A stretch of DNA of 64,000 bases from Hyphomicrobiales bacterium (GTDB taxonomy: Bacteria; Pseudomonadota; Alphaproteobacteria; SPJN01), in NCBI GenBank assembly GCA_006844605.1, contig SPJN01000004.1:78635-142634 (forward strand), written 5' to 3'. The translations under genes and the position numbers were made by a program. Positions within the stretch are counted from its first letter, which is position 1. Each line of letters begins with the position of its first letter. Of the stretch, positions 49,434 through 60,621 are shown one piece after another. Under the pieces are notes generated by a model, which searched no databases, had not been told where the DNA came from, and saw only the letters and a list, made by a program, of their open reading frames with translations.

Positions 49434-50121
49434 TGCCTATAAAATGGCATTGCAGAATGTCGTTAACAAAACCGTTTTCGAGATCATCTGTAATTGTGGA
49501 AATGCCATTATTGGCGGCCATGGTGACATCCAAAAAACTCTTTAGTGCAGTCTGTTTTTGTTCCGAAGGGTTCATTGTTGTGAAAAGAAGATTCTGCTCA
49601 CTGTAACGGGTAACCAGAAGTTGACTGACTTCTTTTGTTTCGCTGATCGTATCGAAAAATCCGCGGCCTGCCTTGTCTGACAAAATCAGAATGCTAAGTA
49701 GGGCTTTGCCACATGCATCGATGACTGCTTTTCCTAACGGATAATCATGCCCCGACATGGCGAGTATAAGCATGTCGATATGGGACTGCCGCAAACCTAT
49801 TTCAGCACAACCCAACAGGCCTTCAGGATCGGCGACGTGCGTGATGCTTACTTCGCTTGGATCGATGTCAAATCTGTGTGCAATTTCCTCGATAGACTCC
49901 GCTGATGCTTGCTCTCGAACCGTTGTGAAATTGTCGCTTAGCAGGGTGTTTGCGTATATCAATGAGTCTAGGCATTTAACGGCGATCGCTCGTTTTGCGG
50001 GATCTGTTGCGCTGTCATTTGCGTTTTCATCGGCGAATGTTGCTGGAACGGGCAAAATCAAACAGGCCAGCAATCCGCCGGCGATGAATTTTTTGAAGCG
50101 GGATTGTGTCCTACTCGTCAT
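49372..50121 (-). CDS. Hypothetical secreted protein, paralogue A (4 conserved Cys)
   Basis: Sec signal peptide (LLACLILPVPATFA-DE); alignable by eye with the upstream paralogue (GCAEIGLRQSHIDMLILAMSG vs ECFNIGMPKYEIMIGLQLIS). Confidence 0.45.
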   Translation of the reverse strand: MTSRTQSRFKKFIAGGLLACLILPVPATFADENANDSATDPAKRAIAVKCLDSLIYANTLLSDNFTTVREQASAESIEEIAHRFDIDPSEVSITHVADPEGLLGCAEIGLRQSHIDMLILAMSGHDYPLGKAVIDACGKALLSILILSDKAGRGFFDTISETKEVSQLLVTRYSEQNLLFTTMNPSEQKQTALKSFLDVTMAANNGISTITDDLENGFVNDILQCHFIGIDPQSYLFAFMDLAENRQSR

Positions 50122-50866
50122 TGTCTGTCTCCGCTTCCGTATTGGCGATGTGTTGACTTGCTGCTTTTAGGAACAGCCTTGTAGTGATGCCCACGTCGTC
50201 GCATTGATCAATATGGTCCCTGAATTTGTCCATATCCAAATCAGCGACGGTATGGCTTGCGTAATTACCCTTGTGCGTGGTTTCTGAAATGACGGTCTTA
50301 ACATAGTTTTCGGTTGCGTCATCTGCCGCATCCGGATGCGTAATATTGTGAATTACAGTCAGCGCATAATTGGCCTGATACAACATTTCATCATAGACAC
50401 GAATGCGTGACGCGGCGGGCATATTGCGGTAAACAGCAATGCCAAGAAACTGCGTTGCCGCACCAAGGCAGTTTGTAATATAGCCTTCGACCATTTCGGG
50501 AGGGTCATCGGAAATAAGCTGAAGACCGATCATGATCTCGTATTTGGGCATTCCGATGTTGAAACACTCGACAATGTCGTTAACGGAGAATTCATCGGCT
50601 GTAGCCGGATAATCCACGCCGGGAATATCAGCAATCTTCCGCATCACTTGCTGTGCAAATATTGAATAGGTGAGTGTGCCGTATTGTGGATAATTGTTTT
50701 CCATTTGTGCTGCCAGCCAATCTACCTGTGAGATACAGGCATAATGCTTTTCAACATCTGGCTGTGTTGCCTGCGTAGCCATTGTCGTTCCCGACAGCAC
50801 GGTTAACGCAACCGCAACTGCAGCAACGTAGCGCGGCCATGACTGGATGGATTTTCTTGAAGGCAT
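50111..50866 (-). CDS. Hypothetical secreted protein, paralogue B (4 conserved Cys)
   Basis: Start set at the internal ATG at 50866, giving signal peptide MPSRKSIQSWPRYVAAVAVALTVLSGTTMATQA; paralogous to the adjacent gene. Confidence 0.45.
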   Translation of the reverse strand: MPSRKSIQSWPRYVAAVAVALTVLSGTTMATQATQPDVEKHYACISQVDWLAAQMENNYPQYGTLTYSIFAQQVMRKIADIPGVDYPATADEFSVNDIVECFNIGMPKYEIMIGLQLISDDPPEMVEGYITNCLGAATQFLGIAVYRNMPAASRIRVYDEMLYQANYALTVIHNITHPDAADDATENYVKTVISETTHKGNYASHTVADLDMDKFRDHIDQCDDVGITTRLFLKAASQHIANTEAETDNDE

Positions 50867-51010
50867 TGCCTGCCATAATGTATGGAAAAGTGTGCGCATT
50901 GCTGTCGCCCCCCCGCCGACTTTACGTGCTTTGCAGTGCGCCAAATAGGGGCGCATTGATTCTTGTGAATAATATTGGAATTGGGGCGGGGCAACAACCC
51001 AAGGTGGTAA

Positions 51011-51490
51011 CTATTTGTTCGCGAACCGCGCCTTGACGACTGGGTGGGCACCTTTGCGTGCCACGGGCCGCAGGTTCACAGGCCGGGTTACCAAGCTGCC
51101 ATCTTCAAAGGCAAGCTTCATGGGGCCAAGCCTTTTGCCGCTGTCTTTATCTTCGAAACCAACCTGCGGGCCTTCCTCAGCGAAGGCCCACTTGTCACCC
51201 CATTGGGCCATCGACATTAGGACGGGAAACAGGTCCTTGCCCTTTTGGGTTAGGGTATAGGCATAGCGCGTGCCCTTGTCGCCAATGTCCTGGCGGTCCA
51301 TCACGCCTTGTTCAACCAACATGGCAAGACGGTCTGACAGAATGTTTTTGGCGATACCGGTATGGGTGCGAAACTCGTTAAAGCGCGTTGCGCCGTAAAA
51401 CGCCTCACGCACGACCAGCAATGTCCATGAATCGCCAACAAGGTTGAGCGCACGGGAAATCGGACAGTAATGTTTATGCTGCTTGGTCAT
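51011..51490 (-). CDS. HxlR-family winged-helix transcriptional regulator
   Basis: CPISRALNLVGDSWTLLVVREAF...FNEF typical HxlR/DUF24 signature; ~50-aa C-terminal extension. Confidence 0.75.
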   Translation of the reverse strand: MTKQHKHYCPISRALNLVGDSWTLLVVREAFYGATRFNEFRTHTGIAKNILSDRLAMLVEQGVMDRQDIGDKGTRYAYTLTQKGKDLFPVLMSMAQWGDKWAFAEEGPQVGFEDKDSGKRLGPMKLAFEDGSLVTRPVNLRPVARKGAHPVVKARFANK

Positions 51491-51509
51491 GGCGGCAGTA
51501 TAGAATATT

Positions 51510-51534
51510 TTGGTTGCTATTCAAAACCAAAATA
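51510..51534. promoter_or_regulatory. Perfect 8-bp inverted repeat TTTTGGTT-N9-AACCAAAA (candidate HxlR operator and/or terminator of the upstream cupin gene)
   Basis: Seen directly in the 70-bp spacer between the cupin stop and the hxlR start. Confidence 0.3.
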
Positions 51535-51560
51535 AACAAGTCAAAACCCAAATAGAAAGG

Positions 51561-52118
51561 CTAGTCCTCGCCGATGACGATCAGCTTGGAAATGTCTTCC
51601 CCAGCCGCCTCACATGCACCACGATAAAGCGACAGGGCGGCAGGCGCATCAATGATTGACAGAACATTGCCATCATCATCCACATTCAGGTTGGCGCCAT
51701 AAATGGCAAACCAAACCTCGGTCTCGCCGTCTTGATCTTCTGGTACACATAATGTGTGGAGCGAGCCTGCGGGCTCAAACAAATAGGATCCGGGCTCATT
51801 CACCTCTGTCGGGTATTCCTTATAGAACCATTTGCCTTTCAAGGTGACCGCATAAACCAAGCCGGTGTGATAATGTTTGGTGATTTGGGTGCCCGGTTGA
51901 AAGCGTGTTTTGCTGATCCACAGCCCGATATTCAAATCAACTTGCAGCAACTGCAATTCTGTTCCGTCACCCAATGCGACATAGGGCAATTCTTCATGCT
52001 TGATCAGGCTGGTTACACCATCGACTGATAGCGGCACGGTTGAGGCACCGCGTGCTTCCATTGTGGCGGCCATTTTCGGCAACTGATCGATCAGGGACAC
52101 GGTTTTGGGGGCAGTCAT
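51561..52118 (-). CDS. Cupin-fold protein, 2,4'-dihydroxyacetophenone dioxygenase (DAD)-like
   Basis: HYHTGLVYAVTLKGKWFYKEY...EPAGSLHTL cupin metal-binding His pattern. Start moved to the internal ATG (~52118, MTAPKTVSL); the upstream extension is Arg/Pro-rich junk; coordinate +/-1. Confidence 0.5.
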   Translation of the reverse strand: MTAPKTVSLIDQLPKMAATMEARGASTVPLSVDGVTSLIKHEELPYVALGDGTELQLLQVDLNIGLWISKTRFQPGTQITKHYHTGLVYAVTLKGKWFYKEYPTEVNEPGSYLFEPAGSLHTLCVPEDQDGETEVWFAIYGANLNVDDDGNVLSIIDAPAALSLYRGACEAAGEDISKLIVIGED

Positions 52119-52201
52119 GGCAGCTCCACGAATATTGGAAAAGGGGATGGGGGTAGGGCGGCGGCACACCATCATGTGCGGATGCGCCGCCAAAGGTTTA
52201 A

Positions 52202-53407
52202 CTAGGCAACTTCGAACAGGCCCGCTGCGCCCATGCCGCCACCGATGCACATGCTGACGACGACATATTTTTCGCCGCGCCGTTTGGCTTCGATCAGGGC
52301 GTGGCCTGTGCTGCGCGCACCTGTCATGCCGTAGGGGTGCCCGATTGAAATCGCGCCGCCATTGACGTTATAGCGTTCGGGGTCAATCCCAAGTGTGTCG
52401 CGGCAGTACAGGCACTGGCTGGCGAACGCTTCGTTCAATTCCCACAACCCGATATCGTCAACCTTCAGGCCCGCGCGCTCCAACAGACGGGGCACGGCAT
52501 AGACCGGACCGATGCCCATTTCATCAGGTTCGCACCCGGCAACGGCAAAACCGCGGAAAATGCCAAGCGGATCGATGTTGCGTTTTTCAGCTTCCTTGCC
52601 ATTCATAATAATGCAGGCAGACGCACCGTCAGACATTTGCGAGGCATTGCCAGCGGTGACGAACTTGCCTTGTTTGACAACATTGCCGCCCGCAAAAACC
52701 GGGTTCAGTGCCTGTAGGTTTTCAATGGTTGTACCGGGGCGATTGCACTCATCGCCGGTTACGGTCACTTCCTCTTCGGAAACGTCACCGGTTTCCTTGT
52801 TGACCTTTTTCCATGTGGTGGTCATCGGCACAATTTCATCATCGAATTTTCCCGCGGCCTGTGCAGCGGCGGTGCGTTGCTGGCTTTGCAGGGCATATTC
52901 GTCCTGATATTCGCGGCTGATGCCATACCGATCTGCCACAATCTCTGCCGTTTCGATCATCCCCATGTAAAGGCCGGGATGGCTTTCGATCAGTGACTTC
53001 TCAACCGCTTCATGGCGGTTCATCTTGCCGCTTAACTGAACAAGTGACAGGCTTTCAACGCCGCCCGCGCCCATAACAGGAACACCTTCATTCATCACGC
53101 GGCCAGCGGCTGTTGCAATCGCTTGCAGGCCGGATGAGCAAAAGCGGTTGATTGTGGTGCCGGACGTGGTCACCGGGCACCCGGCGCGCAGGGCTGACAG
53201 GCGCGCAATGTTGGAACCTGTGGCCCCTTCGGGATGGGCGCAGCCCATGACCACATCTTCAACCTCGCCCGGATCAATGCCGGCCCGGTCAATGGCGTGT
53301 TGCAATACATGACCGCCCAATGTGGCACCGTGGGTGTTGTTGAATGACCCGCGGCCTGATTTGGCAAGGCCTGTGCGGGCGGTTGATACGATGACGGCTT
53401 CGGTCAT
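52202..53407 (-). CDS. Acetyl-CoA C-acyltransferase (thiolase)
   Basis: [11 protein letters not shown] (Cys active site), [30 protein letters not shown] thiolase signatures. Confidence 0.85.
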   Translation of the reverse strand: MTEAVIVSTARTGLAKSGRGSFNNTHGATLGGHVLQHAIDRAGIDPGEVEDVVMGCAHPEGATGSNIARLSALRAGCPVTTSGTTINRFCSSGLQAIATAAGRVMNEGVPVMGAGGVESLSLVQLSGKMNRHEAVEKSLIESHPGLYMGMIETAEIVADRYGISREYQDEYALQSQQRTAAAQAAGKFDDEIVPMTTTWKKVNKETGDVSEEEVTVTGDECNRPGTTIENLQALNPVFAGGNVVKQGKFVTAGNASQMSDGASACIIMNGKEAEKRNIDPLGIFRGFAVAGCEPDEMGIGPVYAVPRLLERAGLKVDDIGLWELNEAFASQCLYCRDTLGIDPERYNVNGGAISIGHPYGMTGARSTGHALIEAKRRGEKYVVVSMCIGGGMGAAGLFEVA

Positions 53408-53515
53408 GGGGCTCTCCTGTTAAATTGTTTTTGTGCAGGCGGTATTTGACTGTTTGTCGCGCGCCATGTCTATACTCACGTCACAAATATTTACGACTGA
53501 CGCCGAAAAGGGACC

Positions 53516-54304
53516 GTGATGGACTTCGTGACAATAGAGAAGAATGACCGCATTGCAGAGGTTACGTTTTCCCGTGGGGATGGCATGAATGCCCTGTCTG
53601 CACAGGCCATGACTGAATTACGCGATACAGGCCGCGCATTGCAGGACGACCCTGATCTTGTGGCGGTGATCCTGAAAACAGATGGCAGGTTCAGCGCCGG
53701 GGCCGACCTGAAGGATCGCAGCCAAATGGTCATGCAATCAGGCACGATGATGCAGAAGCGCCATCACCTGAAGCTTGGTCCCGACATGTGTCAGGCGTGG
53801 CACGATATCGAAGCCTATACCATCGTTGCCATAGAGGGGTTTTGTATCGGCGGCGGTTCCGCCCTTGCGTCGGCGATTGATTATCGGGTCATGGGGCAGG
53901 GGGCGCACATGCGCCTGCCTGAAGTGCCGTTGGGCATGAATATGAGCTGGCAGACAATTCCGCGTCTGGTTGCCCAAATCGGCCCCGCCCGCACCAAACA
54001 ATATGTGATCATGGGGGAGCCTGTCAGCGCCCAACAGGCGCTTGATTGGGGCCTGGTTGAGGAGGTGGTGGATGATGGCAGCACCATCGACGCGGCGCGC
54101 GCCTATGCGGCACGGGTGGCGAAGTTGCCGCCGCTACCGGTGAGGATGAGCAAACAGGCCATCAACGCCGCTGCCTATGCCGTGGCACAGGCGACAACCT
54201 TTATGGACCGCGATCAATTTATGCTCGCCACTTCGTCAGAAGATTACCGTGAATCGGTGAAAGCGTTTTTGCAGCGGCGAGACCCTGAATTTAAGGGAAA
54301 CTAG
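53516..54304 (+). CDS. Enoyl-CoA hydratase/isomerase (crotonase) family protein
   Basis: VAVILKTDGRFSAGADLKD and IVAIEGFCIGGGSALA oxyanion-hole motifs. Confidence 0.8.
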   Translation: MMDFVTIEKNDRIAEVTFSRGDGMNALSAQAMTELRDTGRALQDDPDLVAVILKTDGRFSAGADLKDRSQMVMQSGTMMQKRHHLKLGPDMCQAWHDIEAYTIVAIEGFCIGGGSALASAIDYRVMGQGAHMRLPEVPLGMNMSWQTIPRLVAQIGPARTKQYVIMGEPVSAQQALDWGLVEEVVDDGSTIDAARAYAARVAKLPPLPVRMSKQAINAAAYAVAQATTFMDRDQFMLATSSEDYRESVKAFLQRRDPEFKGN

Positions 54305-54455
54305 GTTGGCACTAATCCGCGACTGTCGATTGATACTGCGGCACAAGTAAAAAACCGCTAGAATCAGTTGCAAATTAATCTGGGTTTGCTGTAAACCCTC
54401 GTCAATTTGCGTGCGTATAAGACATGCAAAGCCACAATATGAAAGAGGTACGCCA

Positions 54456-55016
54456 ATGATTAGACCCAACCCGTCAGGTGATCGGCCGATCATCGCCCCG
54501 TCAGCCTTTATTGACCCGACCGCCATTATTTGCGGCAAGATCATCATTGAGGAAGAGGCATTTATCGGCCCCTATGCGGTCATTCGTGCTGATGAAACCA
54601 AACCAGAAGGCGGCATGGACCCGATCATTATCGGTGCCCGTTCCAACGTGCAGGACGGTGTTGTGATCCATTCGAAGGATGGCGGCGCGGTTACGATTGG
54701 CAAGCAAGTGTCAATCGCCCATCGTTCGATCGTTCATGGGCCGTGTACTGTGGAAGATGAATGTTTCATCGGTTTCAACTCGGTGCTGTTTAATTGCACA
54801 GTCGGTGCCCGGTCGGTCATTCGCCATAATTCAGTGGTTGAGGCGTGTGAAATTCCTGCCGGTTTCCATGTGCCCAGCGCAACATCAATCCATAATGATG
54901 ATGACGTTGCCAAGATCGTACAAATCACACCGGACGAGGCGACATTCTCAGAAAGTGTGGTGTCAGCCAATCGTTGGTTGGCTGAAGGCTATAAGAGGAT
55001 TGCCAACGAGCTTTAG
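54456..55016 (+). CDS. Gamma-carbonic-anhydrase / PaaY / CaiE-like hexapeptide-repeat protein
   Basis: Left-handed beta-helix hexapeptide periodicity (IAPSAFIDPTAIICGKIIIEEEAFIGPYAVIRADE...) with the His ligands typical of gamma-CA; AAGAGG SD before the ATG at 54456. Confidence 0.6.
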   Translation: MIRPNPSGDRPIIAPSAFIDPTAIICGKIIIEEEAFIGPYAVIRADETKPEGGMDPIIIGARSNVQDGVVIHSKDGGAVTIGKQVSIAHRSIVHGPCTVEDECFIGFNSVLFNCTVGARSVIRHNSVVEACEIPAGFHVPSATSIHNDDDVAKIVQITPDEATFSESVVSANRWLAEGYKRIANEL

Positions 55017-55050
55017 GCGCAGGCAATTAGCCAAAGATTCTGGCCAAAGT

Positions 55051-56601
55051 TTAAAGCACCTTCAGCAATTGTTCGAAGGCCCAAACCATAGGTGCGGTGT
55101 ACCACGGGGCCTCAGGCTCTGCCGCCGGGTCTACCATGTATAGCGTCCGCTGGGCAGCCAGTTCCTGTTCCAGCTGGCGCGTGATCTGCTCGTAACCGGG
55201 CTGGCCATGCAGGCTGATCTGTTCATTCGGGTCAGCTTGCAGGTCAAATAATTCCCATTCCCCGATGCGGTAATAGTGGATCAGTTTCCACCGGTCTGTC
55301 CTGACGCCATAATGACGGGGCACATTGTGGAAGCCGGGGTGTTCATAATAATGATAATAGATCGCCTGCCGCCAATCTGCCGCGACGCCTTGGGTCAGTG
55401 GCAGTATGGACTGGCCATGCATTGGCTGATCCGGCGTTACATTCGCGGCATCAAGCAAGGTCGGTGCAAGGTCGATATTCTGCACCAGCGCATCATTGAT
55501 GCTGCCCGGTTTGATGTGACCGGGCCATTGCATCAGCAGCGGCACACGGGTTGATATGTCATACATCCAGCGTTTGTCGAACCAGCCATTTTCGCCCAGA
55601 TAAAATCCCTGATCGGATGTGTAAAGGATAATTGTATCGTCGGTTAGCCCGGCAGCATCAACCGCGTCCAGCAAGCGGCCGATGGACCGATCCATCCCCT
55701 CAACCGATGCCAAATAGGATTTGATGTAGCGCTGATATTTCCAGCGGGTCAGATCATCACCCTTTAGTTGCGCGTTTTCGAATGCCTGATTGCCGGGGCC
55801 GTAGGTTTCCTCAAAAACTTTCTTTTGCGCTTCGGTCAGGTAGGAGGGGACAGATAACTTCACATCCAAACGGGTCATGTGATCGTCGATGCGCATTTTG
55901 TTTTGGCTGCGCGCGGTACCTTTTTTGGCATGGGCTGAAAACAAGGTGGCAGGTTCGGCAACCGTGGCGGCCTCGTCCCAGTTTTGCATTTCTTCAATTG
56001 ATGGCAGCCAATCGCGGTGGGGGGCCTTGTGCTGCACCATCAACAAGAACGGCTTGTCACCCTCCCGCTTGTTGGTCAGCCAGCGCAACGCCTTGTCGGT
56101 AATTTCGTCAGTTGTGTAGCCTTCTGTTTGTTCAACGCCGTTCGGGCTGCGGAAGCTGGCATTATAATAGGTGCCTTGTTCCCCCACATTGTCGATCACG
56201 GCCCAGTCATCAAATCCTGTGGGGTCGCTGTAAAGGTGCCATTTGCCGAACAGCGCGGTTTGATAGCCTGCCGCCTGTAACAATTTGGGGAAGGTTTGCT
56301 GTGTGCCATTAAATGCGCCGCCCCATTCATTGACCATGTGGCCATGAACATGGCTGTGGACCCCGGTCAGCAAGGTGGCGCGGCTGGGACCGCATACAGC
56401 GTTCCCGACAAAGGCATTGTTGAACCGCATGCCGCCTTGGGCCAGCCGATCAATTGCAGGTGTATTGATCAGGTTTGAGCCATAGGAGGAGATGGCAGTC
56501 GTCGCATGATCGTCTGAAAATATCACGATGATGTTCGGGCGTGCTGCTGCCCAACCGGATGTGAGTGCCAACAAGGCAGTTATAAGTGCGGTGCGCAGCA
56601 T
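55051..56601 (-). CDS. Sulfatase (formylglycine-dependent, Cys-type)
   Basis: Signal peptide; NIIVIFSDDH, the C-x-P-S-R motif (AVCGPSRATLLTG), GKWHL. Confidence 0.8.
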   Translation of the reverse strand: MLRTALITALLALTSGWAAARPNIIVIFSDDHATTAISSYGSNLINTPAIDRLAQGGMRFNNAFVGNAVCGPSRATLLTGVHSHVHGHMVNEWGGAFNGTQQTFPKLLQAAGYQTALFGKWHLYSDPTGFDDWAVIDNVGEQGTYYNASFRSPNGVEQTEGYTTDEITDKALRWLTNKREGDKPFLLMVQHKAPHRDWLPSIEEMQNWDEAATVAEPATLFSAHAKKGTARSQNKMRIDDHMTRLDVKLSVPSYLTEAQKKVFEETYGPGNQAFENAQLKGDDLTRWKYQRYIKSYLASVEGMDRSIGRLLDAVDAAGLTDDTIILYTSDQGFYLGENGWFDKRWMYDISTRVPLLMQWPGHIKPGSINDALVQNIDLAPTLLDAANVTPDQPMHGQSILPLTQGVAADWRQAIYYHYYEHPGFHNVPRHYGVRTDRWKLIHYYRIGEWELFDLQADPNEQISLHGQPGYEQITRQLEQELAAQRTLYMVDPAAEPEAPWYTAPMVWAFEQLLKVL

Positions 56602-57050
56602 GTGATCCCCCCGGATGCTGTAACTGGTTTGATTGTGATCATCCTAAATTGATTAACTAATCAAGAAAACCGAAAAGTCGAATCAACTTGTTTGCAGTTT
56701 GGGGGAGGTGAGGGCGTATCGCATAGGTGCGACATAAAGATCATCACATATTCTGTAAGGAGTGTTATGGCCGTTTCGCTTGAATTGGGCGATCAAGAAA
56801 AAAGAATACACATCAGCTATTTACGGGCGTTTCGGCTGCGACAGTCAGGCGCTTGACGCTAAGTGACAAAATATCATATAAGCACATATCGGCTGACAAA
56901 AAATCATTCAGACTTGACTTACTTGCCGGTAACAATTACCTAGGGGCTTGTAAGTAGGAGCCGCGCTGAAGCGGCCACGGGCTGGAAACGTAACAAAATA
57001 AAAGCTATCGGCATGACGCAGGTAGCAATAACAGAAGAAGAGGCGAGATC

Positions 57051-58541
57051 ATGACAGATCATCTCGACGTCGTCATTGTTGGTGCAGGCATCTCAGGTAT
57101 TTGCGCTGCGTACCACATGCAAAAAGAATCTCCGAACAAAAGCTATGCCATTTTGGAAGGCCGCGCCGATATGGGCGGCACGTGGACATTGTTCACCTAT
57201 CCTGGCATCCGCTCAGACTCAGACATGTATACGCTGGGTTTCCCCTGGCGTCCGTGGCGCGATCCGAAGGCCATTGCCGATGCGCCCGATATTATGAATT
57301 ATCTGCGCGAGACGGTTGAAGAAACCGGGATCGACAAAAAGATCCGCTATAACTCAAAAGTTGTTGCCGCATCTTGGAGCAGCGACAAGGGCCAATGGGC
57401 AATCACCGTGCGCAATAGCGAAACCGGTGAAGACAAGGAAATGACCTGTAACTTCCTGTTCATGTGCTCAGGCTATTACAAATATGAAGAAGGCTTCACA
57501 CCGGAATTTCCGGGCCGTGATGACTTTAAGGGTGAGGTGATTCATCCGCAGCACTGGCCTGAAAATCTTGACTACACCGGCAAGAAAGTTGTCGTCATCG
57601 GTTCAGGTGCAACAGCGGTGACGCTGGTGCCTGCCATGACTGATAAGGCTGCCAAGGTCACTATGTTGCAGCGGACGCCTTCTTATGTTGTGTCGCGTCC
57701 CAATAAGGGCGAGGCCGCCGAAAAGCTGGCGAAGTTCATGCCCCTGTCATGGCGTGATCAGGTGATGCGCTGGACAGCCATCATCATGGGGATCGTCACA
57801 TTCAACATGCTGCGCAAGAACCCTGAACGCGGTAAGAAAATTCTGACCGGAATGGTGCGTGAAGAGTTGGGGCCGGAGCTGACGAAAAAGCATTTCACCC
57901 CTGACTACAATCCGTGGGACCAGCGTATTTGCGCGGTGCCGGATGCAGATATGTTTGATGCTATCCGTGAAGGCACAGCAGAAGTGGTCACAGACCATAT
58001 CGACCGCTTTGTCGAAAACGGTATTCTGCTGAAATCAGGTGATCTGTTGGAAGCTGACATCATCATCACCGCAACCGGTCTGAACCTGCAATTGTTCGGC
58101 GGTATGGATGTGGAAGTTGATGGCAAGGCTGTCGATTTTTCAGAAACATTGGCCTACAAGGGTATGATGTTCTCTGACGTGCCGAACTTTGCAAACACGA
58201 TGGGTTACACCAACGCATCTTGGACATTGAAGGCCGATCTGACCGACCAATATGTCTGCCGTCTGATCAACCACATGGACAAACATGGCTATTCGCAATG
58301 TGTGCCGCGTGTTGATGATGATGTTGAAATTGAAAACTTCCTCGACTTCACATCAGGTTATGTGCAGCGTGCCGTTGCCTTCCTGCCCAAACAGGGTGAT
58401 CGCAAGCCGTGGAAGGTCAACCAGAACTACATCAAGGATTTGATGTTCTTCAAGTTCAGTCGACTTGATGATGGCGTTATGAAATTTTCGAACGAGGTTA
58501 AGGCCGCACCAGAACAAGGTGCCGACAAAAAGGCAGCTTAA
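57051..58541 (+). CDS. Type I Baeyer-Villiger monooxygenase (class B flavoprotein monooxygenase)
   Basis: VVIVGAGISG FAD motif, BVMO fingerprint FKGEVIHPQHWP (F-x-G-x3-H-x3-W-P), second Rossmann VVVIGSGATA. Confidence 0.8.
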   Translation: MTDHLDVVIVGAGISGICAAYHMQKESPNKSYAILEGRADMGGTWTLFTYPGIRSDSDMYTLGFPWRPWRDPKAIADAPDIMNYLRETVEETGIDKKIRYNSKVVAASWSSDKGQWAITVRNSETGEDKEMTCNFLFMCSGYYKYEEGFTPEFPGRDDFKGEVIHPQHWPENLDYTGKKVVVIGSGATAVTLVPAMTDKAAKVTMLQRTPSYVVSRPNKGEAAEKLAKFMPLSWRDQVMRWTAIIMGIVTFNMLRKNPERGKKILTGMVREELGPELTKKHFTPDYNPWDQRICAVPDADMFDAIREGTAEVVTDHIDRFVENGILLKSGDLLEADIIITATGLNLQLFGGMDVEVDGKAVDFSETLAYKGMMFSDVPNFANTMGYTNASWTLKADLTDQYVCRLINHMDKHGYSQCVPRVDDDVEIENFLDFTSGYVQRAVAFLPKQGDRKPWKVNQNYIKDLMFFKFSRLDDGVMKFSNEVKAAPEQGADKKAA

Positions 58542-58567
58542 CCTTACGTAAATTGACTAATTTTGTG

Positions 58568-58599
58568 CCGGCCTGGACCAGTTCCGGGCCGGTTCTTTA
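58568..58599 (+). terminator. Hairpin plus T-rich tail after the BVMO gene
   Basis: CCGGCCTGGA-N5-TCCGGGCCGG then TTCTTTA. Confidence 0.35.
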
Positions 58600-58666
58600 T
58601 TGAATAATGCCCTTCGTGTCGTGTAGCTTTCGTTCAACTGCTATTTGACATTGAAGGATATGATCT

Positions 58667-59670
<1,004 letters not shown>

Positions 59671-59671
<1 letters not shown>

Positions 59672-60621
59672 TGTCCGTCACTGCTGCACAAACCAGCAAC
59701 CCTTATGGGGAGCCTACTGCCCATTTTTTTGATGCGGGGGCCGGGCCGAACATTGCATGGTATGAATGGGGCAATCCTGATGGGCCTGTCCTGTTTTTGT
59801 GCCATGCCACGGGCTTCCACGCGCAGGTTTGGCGGCAGACGATTGCCAACCTGCCCGAAGGCTATCGCATCATTGCGGTTGATATGTGTGGACATGGGCA
59901 CAGCGATGCTGACGGGTTCATGACGAACTGGCGTGATCCGGTTGATGATATCATCGCGTTGATCGAAGCGTTGGACCTGCATGACATTATCGGCGTGGGC
60001 CATTCATTTGGCGGGATGGTCACGGCCACCGCGACGACGCTTATTCCTGAACGGTTTGCGCGGCTGGTGTTGATTGATCCTGTGATCCTGCCGCCTGAAG
60101 CCTATGCCAATGACGCCATGACTGATTTCCCCCATCCGTCAAAACACCCGATGGCAAAGCGTCGGTATGAGTGGCATTCAGTGGCTGAGATGGTGGACCG
60201 TTTTGCCCATCGGCATCCTTACGATAAATGGTTGCCTGAGGCGTTGGTGGATTATTGCCAGTATGGATTGGTGCCCAATCCGGCGGGCGAGGGGGTGGTG
60301 TTGGCCTGTCATCCACATTTTGAAGCCTCAATCTATATGACCAGCAATAGCTTTCGGGTGCATGATGATTTGCACAAAATCAACTGCCCTGTAAAAGTGC
60401 TGCGCGCCAAACAACGGACAGAACTTGATCCCGCCCGGATCGACTTTTCGCTGTCCCCCACATGGCCGGTGCTGGCCGACAAAATTCCGCAAGGGGTAGA
60501 TATTTATCTGCCCCAGCTCACCCATTTTATGCCGATGCAGGACCCCCATTTGGTTGCGCGCCTTATTGCGGATCCTGACTATTTGGCAGAAGATATAACC
60601 AAACATGAAAACGTGGAGTGA
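59671..60621 (+). CDS. Alpha/beta-fold hydrolase (esterase/lactonase candidate)
   Basis: HATGFHAQVW oxyanion region and nucleophile elbow GVGHSFGG; ATG overlaps the upstream stop. Confidence 0.7.
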
